A stretch of 63,337 nt of DNA, filler included, from Chiloscyllium plagiosum (Eukaryota): the NCBI RefSeq assembly GCF_004010195.1. It is 5 parts of one record of this genome, joined end to end, with 100 filler letters (N's around TTAATTAATTAA, not from the genome) between each part and the next. Parts side by side here need not be neighbours in the genome. Positions count along the whole stretch, not along the records: positions 19,544 to 34,310 come from NC_057713.1; positions 34,411 to 52,998 come from NC_057713.1; 3 more parts are not named here. One strand, 5' to 3'. Under the pieces are notes generated by a model. That model was not told the DNA's origin. It saw only the letters and a list, made by a program, of their open reading frames with translations, and searched no databases. Positions 25,451-36,916 of this stretch are shown here, one piece after another (position 1 is the stretch's first letter; each line of letters starts with the position of its first letter). The position numbers and the translations under genes were made by a program.

Positions 25451-27099
25451 TTTAGAAAGAATTCAAAGTTTTCAGAGGGTGAGGGTGGAGATGATTAAGG
25501 AGATTATGGAGATATTCAAGAACAGGAATGATGAAAAGGAATTCTAGTCTGGAAGTCTATGTATGATGCAAGCACTTAGGTTATGACAGCGATCACAGAA
25601 GGTTGTAGGTAGCCAAGTGAACTTGGGAACTCATTAAAAGTTCGATTATTTAAGTTCGCAAAAACAAAATCAAATGGCATGGGTGCTCAATTTCCAATCT
25701 GTTTTGCACACATTCAGCTTGGAAGTTGAGGTGCAGGCAGGAGGGGATGGGAACTCTTTGCTGACTTTGAGATGACCATATTTCTGATGGAGCAAGACCC
25801 TGTTCCTTTATGTGTTTTAAAAACTATTAGAGTGGCTATTAATTACTCTTAAAAGACAGATAAGATGTGTGGAATTGTTGAGCTGTCAATCTATTTTAAT
25901 TGGCAACTCACTTAAAAATAAGGAAAAGACAGACTGCTTATCTGTTTGTCCGATTTGAAGAAATTTGTTCTTAAAGTTATGTCAACAAAATGTGCTTGAA
26001 ATTGCAAGGGTCATCATTATAATATTATGAATGCTCAACTGCTTTCCACAACCTATAACATTAAGGGGCTATGATTTTTAGTTCGATTGGTAGCTCAAAG
26101 AGGTTATTAAGGAGCTAGCTGTCTTTGATGTGTGGTTAAGAGTAAAAATGTTTGCTTATTGATGGATTAAGTATTTGAGGGCATTTAAACTAACAATGCA
26201 TTTTTCATGAGAGCGTTTTATATATATATATATATAATATATAAATAAAATGAGATCTGCAATAGATATTTAGAACTTTATTTCATCCCAGCATGGCTTC
26301 TGAGGTCTCCCAATGGTAGATACTGGGCAACTTGGCATGGATGTTTAAAGGAGGGATGGAGTGTCACAAGTTAGGACTCAATTGGGACACAACCTATAAA
26401 GGAGTGTGGGAAGTGTACAATGTGCTGATTTGACATGAATTGTACTTATTTAGTATAGGTGCTTTAAGGTGTCAAGTGGATAATTGGAGGGCATGAGCTG
26501 GCATGGAGGGTATTAAAGTGGGTGACGAATCTGGATTGGCATTAGATAAGCATGAGAAGTGAGCAAAGGGAAGAGAGTGTGTGGGGAGTTAGAAGTAAGA
26601 GGGGTAAAGGATTAAGACAACAGGGGTTAAGTCTCATGGAACTGGGGCATGCATTTTAAATAATGTCCTTCAGCACTCAACAGCGTCTGATCTGCGTCAA
26701 TCAGCATTTGCCCATTGGTGGGCTTAACTCCATCACAGAGTCATGTCTCCCACTCAGAATTACAATCTTGCCATTTAGGACAGCTTTTCCCAAAGGGGGT
26801 GCAGCAAATCATGAGCTTTCCCAGTTTTGGACAGCCATCTTGGAAGTGAAAAATCCAGACTAAGGAATCTGCAAAGGGTATGGAGCTAAGTGATGTGAGT
26901 GGGAAAAATTGGCACATGTAGTATGATGTGAAAAAGTATGAATTATATGAATGTATATGAAAATATGATTTTTTTTAAACTTGAGCAGGAAGAATAAAAA
27001 AAGCAGAATAATACTTGGAGACTGTAGAATGCTGCAGTATTGTGGGGTGTCTTTATTGAAGCACAAAAGACTAGCATGCATACAATGTGAAAGGAAGGA

Positions 27100-27620
27100 T
27101 ATGTGATTGTTGGCGTTTTCTGCTATGAGAATTGAATTGTGCATTTGTGAGACCACAACAGAAATGCTATGTACAATTTTGGCCTCCTTACTTAGGAAGG
27201 GTGCACTGAGAGCAGTTCAGAGAAAGTTCACTGAATGTATTCCTGGATTGGTACAATTGTCTTGTGAGGAAAGGTTATGCAGGTTGTCCTATGCTCATTA
27301 GAGCTCAGAAGAATAAGAAGTGATCCTGGTCAAACATACAGGATTCTGAAAGGGTTGACAGGGTGATGTTTCCCCTCACAGGGGTAGGAAGCTGGGCGTT
27401 AAGACTTTAAAAATGAGGAGTGTTCCAAGATGGAAAGGAGAAGGAATTTCCTCACTAACAGAGCTGTAGTCTTTGACATTCTCTACCTCAGACTGAAGGG
27501 TAAGTCATAGAATATATTGACATGAGCTAGATGAGGATATGAGGCCACAGTCAGATCAACCATAATTTTATTGAATGAAGGAGGGTGCTCATTAACTTGC
27601 TCCTGCTCCTGTTTCTTATC
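27100..27620 (+). mobile_element. Old CR1 3' fragment
   Basis: AVQRKFTECIPGL...EERLCRL. Confidence 0.65.
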
Positions 27621-28709
27621 ATCAATGCGTTTCCAAACGTGCTAGGCTAAATTTTACAAGTCTGGTGAAAAGGCTGAGAACATAGCTGATGGAAAGCTCC
27701 AACAAATAATTTTGAATGTAAAATAAATTCAATTATTTCTCCCTTAATTAAAATGCCTGGAGGCCCTGCAAAATAAATAGGGAAAAACATTACAAGTAGC
27801 AATTAAATTTCAGTGTCTGGAAAAATCACAGCTCATTAAAACAATGCCTTTAACTCCAGTTTTAAGCGAAAGAACAAGATACATTCAGAAATATCACTTT
27901 AAGTCATGCTGTTTTCCAAATCTGCATCTATCTTTCAATGAGGGAAGTTGACAAGTGACAACGGTTGAGCTGGCCTATTAACAAGATAAAAAGATTTAAA
28001 AGATTGAATTGAAACAGCTAATTACTTTTCCTCATTTAAAACTGTAGCAATCACTCTACATTTCCACTTCAACAATGTTCAACTCTTTTGATGCAACAAC
28101 TTGTGACATTAATTTTTATCATTTCACATTCAATATTTTTGACCCAGTGGTATGAATGAATTTGAATTATACAATTTTGTTCTTGCTACGAATATTAACT
28201 GCATCACAAGATTTCCTTTCATCACTAATCACCAATTTCAAATGGAAATTATTTCATCAAAACTGGCTTGTATCACTAATAAAGATTTCCCCAAAGGTCC
28301 TTGACATGTGTCTGTATGCTCTTCATTAACTTTGGCAGCTCTTTAATCTGGGTTTCAAGGGGATGTAAGCAGTCAGTAACTTCTTGTGTAATTACTGGAG
28401 CTACTATGAAGGAGCTTCATTACTGCATCAGGTCAAGAACTTGCCTTTATTGTTAAACTCTTAATAAATTCAGGTATAAATCTTACACAGGGGAATTGCT
28501 CCATTGCCCAACCCCAACTAATATTCTGAATCATAAAAGACTCGTCAGTAGATGATAAAGAATATGCAATTTAAACTAAGTATGTAACACTTCCATGGAT
28601 GATGCTACTTTAAAATTAACAAGAATTTATCATTTCCTAAGGGCTAGATTTTCAATCATCTGAACCATCGATAAATAAGATCTCCTCCTTGGAATGGCAG
28701 CGCCTTCTC

Positions 28710-28922
28710 TTGTTGTACTCAGCTGTGCTGGGGAGTTGGTTTCTCAGTTGGTTGGATGGCTGGTCTCTGATGCAGAATGAAATCAAAAGTGCACATTCAC
28801 ACTTGCTGAGACTGGTCTGCCTTCTTGACATTGTCCCTCATCTGAGGAGTGGTGACCTTCAAGTTAAACTCACCACCAACTGTTTCTCTATTTAATAAGA
28901 CAGCAGTTCTCTGCGTCTATGG
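28710..28922 (+). mobile_element. tRNA-derived SINE (second family; another copy at 35930-36115)
   Basis: CTCAGTTGG...TGATGCAGAAT...GTTAAAC(T)CACCACC shared by both copies. Confidence 0.5.
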
Positions 28923-29086
28923 CTACAATTACTGATCTGAGTTAGAATCTTTCATCTCCTCTGCATTTTACTGTACTTGTTGCCATCCTTACTTCTCTTT
29001 CTTTTGTTATCTCACTTAGGTTCCCACTCACATGCCATTCCACTTGAAAACCACCCCATTCACACTAGCAAATATTTACCCTCAAA

Positions 29087-29740
29087 TATTTGTCACCACG
29101 CTAGGTAACATCACCAGTGAGCCTCCGTTGAAACGCTGGTTTATGTCCCACTTTCTATTTATGTGTCTTGGTTTATTCAGGTGGGTGGTATAATTTCCAG
29201 TTCTTTTTCTCAGAGGATGGTAGATGGGGTCCAAATCAATGTGTTTTTTGATGGAGTTCTGGTTAGAATGCCAGGCCTCTAGAAATTCTCGTGTGTCTCT
29301 CTGTTTAGCTTGTCCTAAGAGAGATGTGTTGTCCCAGTCAAAGTGGTGTCCTTCTTCGTCTGAGTGTAAGAATACTAATGATACCTGGTAATGTCATTTT
29401 GTGGCTAGTTGGTGTTTATGTATCCTGGTGGCTAGTTTTCTGTCTGTTTGTCCGTTGTAGTGTTTGTTACAGTCCTTGCACGGTATTTTGTAAATGACAT
29501 TCGTTTTGCCAATTGTTTGTATAGAGTCCTTTAGGTTCATTAGTCATTTTTTTAAGTATGTTGATAGGTTTGTGGGCTACCATGATGCCAAAGGGTCTGG
29601 GTAGTGTGGAAGTCATTTGATGATATTACCTCGTAAGGTGACAAAATGTCTGAAAACAAACCTTCCAGCTCAGTGAGCAAAATACAATCAGAATCGCAAC
29701 CTAAACAATAAAACTTCTCAAAAATCACAAACTTAACCTT
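29087..29740 (-). mobile_element. Decayed Penelope-like element with short inverted terminus
   Basis: Minus strand encodes NVIYKIPCKDCNKHY (GIY-YIG); hammerhead-like motifs at ~29090-29121 (-) and 29613-29653 (+). Confidence 0.75.
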
Positions 29741-30016
29741 GACATCAGTACCACTTCTGCCCAAATATAACCAGTTCAGTTTGTGTTGGACTCACCTCCC
29801 CCAGAACGAATCCCAATGTCCCACAAATCTGAAACCCTCCCCTTTGCGCCACCTTTCCAGTTGATGTCATGGTAGTGATGTGTACCCTGACCACTGGCTG
29901 TTCACTGTCCCTCTCCAAAATACCTGTAGGTGCTCCAAGTCATCTTTGACTGTAACATCAGGGAGACAACATATCATTCTGGAGTTTAATTTGTGGCCAC
30001 TGAAACATCTATCTAT

Positions 30017-30969
30017 GCTGTGGTTGTGGGTACATTTGCCAAGCTAGAAAGGTGATTTGCAGATGTTTTGTCCCCTGTCTGGGTGATATCTTCAGTGCTT
30101 TGTGTGAAGCGTTGCACTACAGTATTTTCTGGAATTTATTTGGTTCCATTCCTGCTGCTTCCAATTGCTGGTCTTGGTAGTTTGTTGTACTGGCTGGTAT
30201 TTTGCGTCTAGTTCTATATGTTTGATGATGGAGTCTGTAGATGAGCGCTATGCTTCTAGAAATTCTCTGACTGTTCACTGTTTAGCTTGTCCTATCATCG
30301 TTGTGTTGTCCCAGTTGAATTTGCGGTCTTTGTCATCTGTGTGTATGGCTACTAGGGACAGCTGATCGCGGCACTTAGAGAGTAGTTGGTGTTTATGGAT
30401 GTGGATTGCTAGTTGTCTGCCTGGTTTGTCCTCTATAATGTTTTGTGCAGTCTTTGCATGGAATCTTATAAATTATGTTTGTCTTACACATGATGGGTAG
30501 AGGATCTTTTGTTCTGGTGAGTTGTTACTTGAGTGTGGCTGTCATTTTATGGGCTGTCATGAATCCGAGTGATTGGAGTAGTTTGGCTGCCAGTTCTGAG
30601 ATGTGGCTAGTGAGTTAGGTCGTGGCATGTCCTTGTCACGGTGTTTGTCTTCGAGGCATCTGTGGATGAAGTTGTGGGGTTCTTGGTGAAGACTGTCGAG
30701 GGGTGTTCTTGTTCTTTTCACAGGTCGGGAGTGCTGCAGTGTGTTGTCACCTTTTTGAACAGGGTCCCAATGCAGCTTCTCTTGCGTGTTCAGGAACCAA
30801 ATAAATTCCAGAAGACACAGTACCACAGTACTTCATAGGAGGCTCCAAAGCACTGAAAATGTCACCTAGACAGGAGACAAAACGTCTGCAAAGCAATTTC
30901 CCAGCTCGGTGAACATTCCCACAAAAACGGCAAACGGCTCCTAAACTACAAAGCTTTACGCAAACCTTG
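30017..30969 (-). mobile_element. Decayed Penelope-like element with inverted 3' copy and 13-bp TSD
   Basis: Homologous to the 16784 element; TSD AACATCTATCTAT at 30004-30016 and 30970-30982. Confidence 0.85.
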
Positions 30970-31021
30970 AACATCTATCTATTTCTTTTACAGTTGAGTC
31001 CTCTATAACTAATTAATTAAT

Positions 31022-31185
31022 ATCCTTTAGGGAAGAAAACTGCCATTCTTACCTAGTCTGGCCTATATGTGACTCCATACCCACAGCAATATGGTTGGCT
31101 CTTAATTGCCCTCTGGGTAATTGAGGATAGGCAATCAATGTTGGCCTAACTAGAGAAGCTCCCATCCTGTGAATGAACAAAAAAC
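31022..31185 (+). mobile_element. SINE 3' half (third family; copies at 54230-54445 and 58210-58535)
   Basis: Shared CCTTACCTGGTCTGGCCTA-TGTGACTCC core. Confidence 0.65.
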
Positions 31186-31199
31186 AAACTGTTGTGGTT

Positions 31200-32440
31200 C
31201 CAGACTTTCTTCTGGTCTCCTGTGCAGCAGAGCCAACTGTGGTGCAACAAATTTGGCTGTTGCTGTTTTCTCCTGAGAGGCCATTCTGCCTAAAGTGGTA
31301 TATCTGTTTTTCAGAGGAATGACCACAGGGGGCTCCTGCACTGTCTGCCTGTTCCTCTTACTCTGCCTGATGGTCAATCCATTTCCCTTCCTCCTGTGAA
31401 GTCTTAGCCGGCGGTGTGACCACCTCCATGCATATACAGTTCTCTCAGCTTTGAGGATGTCCCATTGCATTCCCAAGCTGCTACTCCAGCTCCAAAACTC
31501 AGGCTTCCAGAAGCAGCAGCTGGAGACATTTCCTGTACACGTTGGTCCCAGGCACTGGAAATGTACTTGGCTTCCCCCACAGAGGAGGAGCAGCACGGTG
31601 GCACAGTGGTTAGCACTGCTGCCTCACAGCGCCTGAGACCCGGATTCAATTCCTGCCTCAGGTGACTGACTGTGTGGAGTTTGCACGTTCTCCCCGTGTC
31701 TGCGTGGGTTTCCTCCGGGTGCTCCGGTTTCCTCCCACAGTCCAAAGATGTGCAGGTCAGGTGAATTGGCCATGCTAAATTGTCCATAGTGTTAGGTAAG
31801 GGGTAAATGTAGGGGTATGGGTGGGTTGCGCTTTGGCGGGTCGGTGTGGACTTGTTGGGCCAAAGGGCCTGTTTTCACTCTGTAATGTAATCTAATCTAA
31901 TCACACCACGGCTTGGAGCTCTCCTGCCATGACTTATTCCCTGCAATTAAACCTTTAAAGGCCCTTTAAAATGAAATAATATCAACTACTTTAGGATCCT
32001 TCTTCCTTGACTTTGTTAAATGTACAGCACTTACAAACTATAAGCAATAATAATCAGACAAATACTCACCATCTGTACTCATCTTATCCACTTGCCCTCA
32101 GGAGCTCTGCCGCTGGATTGAGTCGAGGTAACACTGAGCTGCTCCTCTCAAATTTTTCCCGCTGCTCTGTTTAGCTGCCCCTTGTCAGATTCACTCTATG
32201 ACCTCTGGATCGTTCCTTAGCATCATTTTTCTCACTTATGGTCCAAATTCCCTAAGACCTTACTTTGATATTAAAGGACAGAAATACTCACCAATGAGAG
32301 AAAAGGAGGGACTGATCACCTCTTCCCTCTTTCATATTACTCCCCGTTACACCAAACTCCAGTTACACTCTAATGCAACAAAGCAGCACTCCAGTACAGG
32401 CCTTAAGTACCATCACTATCACTAGAGAAGTAGTATTAGA
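31200..32440 (-). mobile_element. CR1 LINE 5' UTR/ORF1 fragment interrupted by an HE1 SINE
   Basis: ATG at 31930 gives MAGELQAVV[SINE]CSS; PVVIPLKNRYTTL motif typical of CR1 ORF1. Confidence 0.6.
31588..31902 (+). mobile_element. Young HE1 SINE
   Basis: Near-identical to the 12614-12910 copy; (AATCT)n tail. Confidence 0.92.
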
Positions 32441-32514
32441 CAAATGGGGATAAACGCACCTGGCCCTGATTGTTTGCATTCTAAAATAGTAGCTACAGAG
32501 ATACTGTACGCATC

Positions 32515-32700
32515 GGTTTGATTTGATTTGATTTAATATTTGTATATGTACCTAGGTACCATGAAAAGTTTTGTTTTGCGTGCAGTACAGGTAGATCACA
32601 CCATATGAAATACACGGGGTAGCAGAATAGAGCGAAAAATACAATGTTATGGCTGCAGGAGAGGTACACAGAGAGCAAGATCACCATTAAAATTAAAAAC
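32515..32700 (-). mobile_element. Rex1-like 3' tail
   Basis: Similar to 21290-21373; (ATCAA)n tail. Confidence 0.6.
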
Positions 32701-32704
32701 TGAG

Positions 32705-33110
32705 AGGCAGTGGGTGTAATTTCCCCAAAAATTCATAGACTCTAGAGGAGTACCAGAGGATTTGAAAACTGCCAATGTGACACCCTTACTCAAAAAGAAA
32801 AGAGGACAAATATAGGTCAATTAGCCTAATCCCCATTGCTGGAAAAAACACTGGAATCAATTACGAAGGAAGGACTGGCAGGACATTTAGAAAATCATAA
32901 TCTAATCAAGCAGAGTCAGCATGGCTCAAGAATGGAAAGTCATGCTGAATAATTTAAAAGAGTTTTTTGACAAAGGCTCAACCAGAGTGGATAGTGGAGA
33001 ACCAACAGAAATCATTTATTTGGATTTTCAGAAGGCATTTGACAAGGTGTCTCACAAAAGGTTAAGTTATAGGATAAGAGTCCATGGTTTTGGAGGTAAG
33101 TTGTTAAATG
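32705..33110 (+). mobile_element. CR1 RT fragment
   Basis: IYLDFQKAFDKVSH motif. Confidence 0.8.
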
Positions 33111-33199
33111 GTGTTCTCTTTCTGACATCCCCCGAGGATGATCTACTCCCACATCTGAGGCCTTGTGGCCTTATTTCAAACGTGAAGACAGATGAATGC

Positions 33200-33518
33200 A
33201 TGACTGAGGAGCTGGTGTATGGGAGAAGGATTCACATTTTTGGATCTCTGGAATCTCTTTTGGGGGAGAAATGACCTGTACAAGAAGGACGGATTGCACG
33301 TAAATTGGAAGGGGACTAATATACTGGCAGTGAAATTTGCTAGAACTGCTTGGGAGGAGTAGGTGGGGGGGTTGGGACCCAGGGAGATAGTGAGGGAAGA
33401 GATCAGTCTGAGACTGGTACAGTTGAGAACAGAAGTGAGTCAAACAGTCAAGGCACGCAGGGACAAGGTAGGAGTAATAAATTAAACTGCATTTATTTCA
33501 ATGCAAGGGGCCTAACAG
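33200..33518 (+). mobile_element. CR1 ORF1 end / ORF2 start fragment
   Basis: KLNCIYFNARGL (start of APE endonuclease). Confidence 0.6.
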
Positions 33519-34310
33519 GACCATGTCGAGTATGCAGACCATCCATAACCTCATCACCTCAGGGGATCTCCCATCCACCGCCTCCAACCTCATAGTCCCA
33601 CAACCCCGCATCGCCCGTTTCTACCTCCTGCCCAAAATCCACAAACCCGACTACCCCGGCTGACCCATTGTCTCAGCCTGCTCCTTCCCCACCGAACTCA
33701 TCTCTGCATACCTTGACACGGTCCTGTCCCCCTTAGTCCAAGAACTCCCCACCTACGTTCAGAACATCACCCACGCCCTCCACATCCTCCATGACTTTCG
33801 CTTCCCCGGCCCCCAACGCCATATCTTCACCATGGACATCCAGTCCCTGTACACCTCCATCCCCCATCATGAAGGCATCAAAACCCTCCGCTTCTTCTTC
33901 CTTTCCCGCCGTACCGACCAGTACCCTTCCACTGACACCCTCCTTCGACTGACTGAACTGGTCCTCACTCTGAACAACTTCTCTTTCCAATCCTCCCACT
34001 TCCTCCAAACCAAAGGAGTAGCCGTGGGCACCCGCATGGGCCACAGCCATGCATGCCTCTTCGTCGTATATGTGAAACAGTCCATCTTCTGCAGCTATGC
34101 TGGCACCAACCCCGACCTTTTCCTCCGCTACATCGATGACTGTATCGGCGCTACCTCGTGCTCCCACAAGGAGGTTGAACAGTTCATCCACTTTACCAAC
34201 ACCTTCCACCCTGACCTCAAATTTACCTGGACCATCTCAGAATCCTCCCTCCCCTTCCTAGACCTCTCCATTTCTATCTCGGGCGACCGACTCAACACAG
34301 ACATTTACTA
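33519..34310 (+). mobile_element. Penelope-like reverse transcriptase fragment
   Basis: FYLLPKIHK, MDIQSLYTSIPH, QTKGVAVGT and FLRYIDDCIG motifs; truncated by the gap. Confidence 0.9.
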
Positions 34311-34410
34311 NNNNNNNNNNNNNNNNNNNNNNNNNNNNNNNNNNNNNNNNNNNNTTAATTAATTAANNNNNNNNNNNNNNNNNNNNNNNNNNNNNNNNNN
34401 NNNNNNNNNN
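34311..34410. other. Assembly gap with linker
   Basis: N44-TTAATTAATTAA-N44. Confidence 0.97.
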
Positions 34411-35031
34411 TTTCCTTTATTGGTCAGAGTATTGAGTACAGGAATTGGGAGGTCATGTTGTGGCTGTACAGGACATTGGTTAGGCCACTGTTGGAATATT
34501 TTGTGCAATTCTGGTCTCCTTCCTGTCGGAAGGATGTTGTGACACTTGAAAGGGTTCAGAAAAGATTTACAAGGATGTTGCCAGGGTTGGAGGATTTGAG
34601 CTATAGGGAGAGGCTGGACAGGCTGGGGCTGTTTACCCTGGAGCGTCAGTGGCTGAGGGGTGACCTTACACAGGTTTACAAAATTATGAGGGGCATGGAT
34701 AGCATAAATAGACAAAGTCTTTTCCCTGGGGTCGGGGAGTCCAGAACTAGAGGGCATAGGTTTAGGGTGAGAGGGGAAAGATATAAAAGGACTTAAGCGG
34801 CAACTTTTTCACGCAGAGGGTGGTATGTGTATGGAATGAGCTGCCAGAGTATGTGGTGGAAGCTGGTACAATTACAACATTTAAGAGGCATTTGGATGGG
34901 TATATGAATAGGAAGGGTTCGGAGGGATATCGGCCAGGTGCTGGCAGGTGGGACTAGATTGGGTTGGGATATCTGGTCGGCATGGACAGGTTGGACCGAA
35001 GGGTCTGTTTCCATGCTGTACATCTCTATGA
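34411..35031 (+). mobile_element. HER1-like LINE 3' end
   Basis: LYRTLVRPLLEYFVQFWSP; ends CATCTCTATGA. Confidence 0.9.
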
Positions 35032-35149
35032 CAACACTGAAGAAGACAATAATTATGTGGCACCAACAGGTACATCAGGTACAGTGATCTTCACTCACCC
35101 CAGATGGAGGAATAGCAGGTGAAAATCTCTCAGGGACATGGAGAGGTTG

Positions 35150-35530
35150 AATGGGATTCTGCACCTACAAGCCTCACTGTCATTTTCTTCAGCTTTCAGA
35201 AACACAGTGCAGGCTCACCTTGATGATATCCAGGGCCATCATCAATGAACAATCTTATCTGCTGGAGCAGGACTGCTGCTCAGAAGGAGTGGGAGGGTAC
35301 CTTGGTCTGGTGGCTCTCCAGATTACTGTTGTCCTGAACTTTTTAAGCCAACAACTTGCTTCAGGGAGCAACTGGGGAAATGTGTGGAATCTCTCAATCA
35401 TCATCGCATAAATGTGTCTGGGATGTTATTGATGCCAGCTTTTTTCAGATCAGACCAGTTTTTATCCTCCCCTCATGATGAGAAGAGTTGGTTAGCCTGG
35501 ACACTGTGATTCCCCACCATCACTAGCTTT
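35150..35530 (+). pseudogene. Decayed PIF/Harbinger transposase fragment
   Basis: VALQITVVLNF...GISQ-like/HKCVWDVIDA segments resemble the HARBI1-family helix-turn-helix region. Confidence 0.45.
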
Positions 35531-35559
35531 CCCCTATATACAACCTCACAGCTCAGACA

Positions 35560-35920
35560 TTTGCAGATGAATATAGAGAGGTTAAGTGAGTGAATAAAAC
35601 ACTTGGAAGATAGAATGTAATGTGGAAAAATATGAGGTTATGCATCTTAGCGGGAAGAATAGAGGAGCTAAATATTATGTAGATTGAGAACGACTCCAGA
35701 AAGCAACAGAACTGAGAGATTTATGAGTCCTCGTGCATGAATCACAAAAAGTTAGCATCCAAATTCAGTGGGTAAAAGGGAAGACAAATAGAATATTGAT
35801 CTTTATGTCAAAGGGAACGCAGTATATAAGTAGGGAGGTTTTACTAAAACAACATGGCACTAGTCAAATAATAATTGAAATACTGTGAACAATTCTGGTT
35901 CCCTTATCTGAGGAAAGACA
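35560..35920 (+). mobile_element. Old CR1 fragment, apparently continuing at ~42030-42455 beyond the Gypsy element
   Basis: AATGTGGAAAAATATGAGGTTATGCA, GTCCTCGTGCATGAATCAC. Confidence 0.6.
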
Positions 35921-36192
35921 TAGTTATTTAGGAGATTGGTTAGCTCAATTGGCTGGTTAGTAATGCAGAATTGTGACTGCAGTGTGGGTTCAATTCCTGC
36001 ACTGGTTGAGGTTACTATGACGGACCTCTCCACGCACCTGACCGGTAGGTTAAACCACCACCAGTAATCTCTTTCTCGAAAGATACAGCAGACTTATGGT
36101 CTCGTAGGGCTATTACAATTTTTACTTTACTTATATGAGAGGCAATCCAGGGAAGGCTGATACCAACTTTTGAAGGACTGCCTTATAAGGAG

Positions 36193-36895
36193 TGTTATGA
36201 AGATGTGGGTGTACTATTTCTTTAAGATAGTAAGAAGCTAAAAGAACTATGTGACAGCACCAAGTGTTCTCAATAAGGTAACAATGTAACACTGGGTCAA
36301 AAGCTAGATTGGTGGGTTGCCTGGAAATGGCAAAACAGATTTGCATTAGGCCAATCAGTTTAAACTATACCCTGAAAAATTCAATCAAGTTTGAATTGAG
36401 TATATTGACAATCTTAAAAGCCAATGATACAATCCGATGCTTTGAGGGTATAAGACTGGGGAAAATTGAACAGAAAAGAAGAGAACTGCCAAGCCAGCAT
36501 GTTGAGACTGCCAGAAAAATAGCTCTCTTAAAGGTACCTTTATCAATCAGTAACCTGTGAAGCAGAATCCCTAAGAAGAAGAAAAGAAGACTGGAATACA
36601 GAGAAGAACCGAAAGCTGCCTGGGTTTGGACATAACAAGTTTTGTTTTGTAAATCTTAATCGGGGGTTTTATCTGACTAGTATTGTAGAAGGGGAAGGTA
36701 AATGATAGGTCAGTGGAGGGAGTTGTAAATAGCTGTTAGTTAATTATTCTCTGTTATACTTTAAGAAATAAAGTTGTTAATTTTTACTTTTAATAGTTCT
36801 TGACCTCTCGAATTTTAACAGATTACTGCACGGGATAAATCTTTTCTGTATTGCTGCTTTAAATTAAGCAGGAAGGTTTAACCCGTCTCATGACA
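36193..36895 (+). repeat. 5' LTR
   Basis: TGTTATGAA...TCATGACA; TATA-like GGGTATAAG and AATAAA. Confidence 0.9.
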
Positions 36896-36897
36896 GT

Positions 36898-36916
36898 TCG
36901 CGTGCTCATCTGGGAT
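36898..36916 (+). promoter_or_regulatory. Degenerate primer-binding site (tRNA-Pro-like)
   Basis: TCGCGTGCTCATCTGGGAT resembles TGGGGGCTCGTCCGGGAT, immediately after the LTR. Confidence 0.55.

Noticed and set aside
27660..27765. Minus-strand exon candidate with a strong acceptor (PPGILIKGEIIEF...)
   Set aside because: The donor is weak, and splicing it to the 24511 exon creates a TAA stop.
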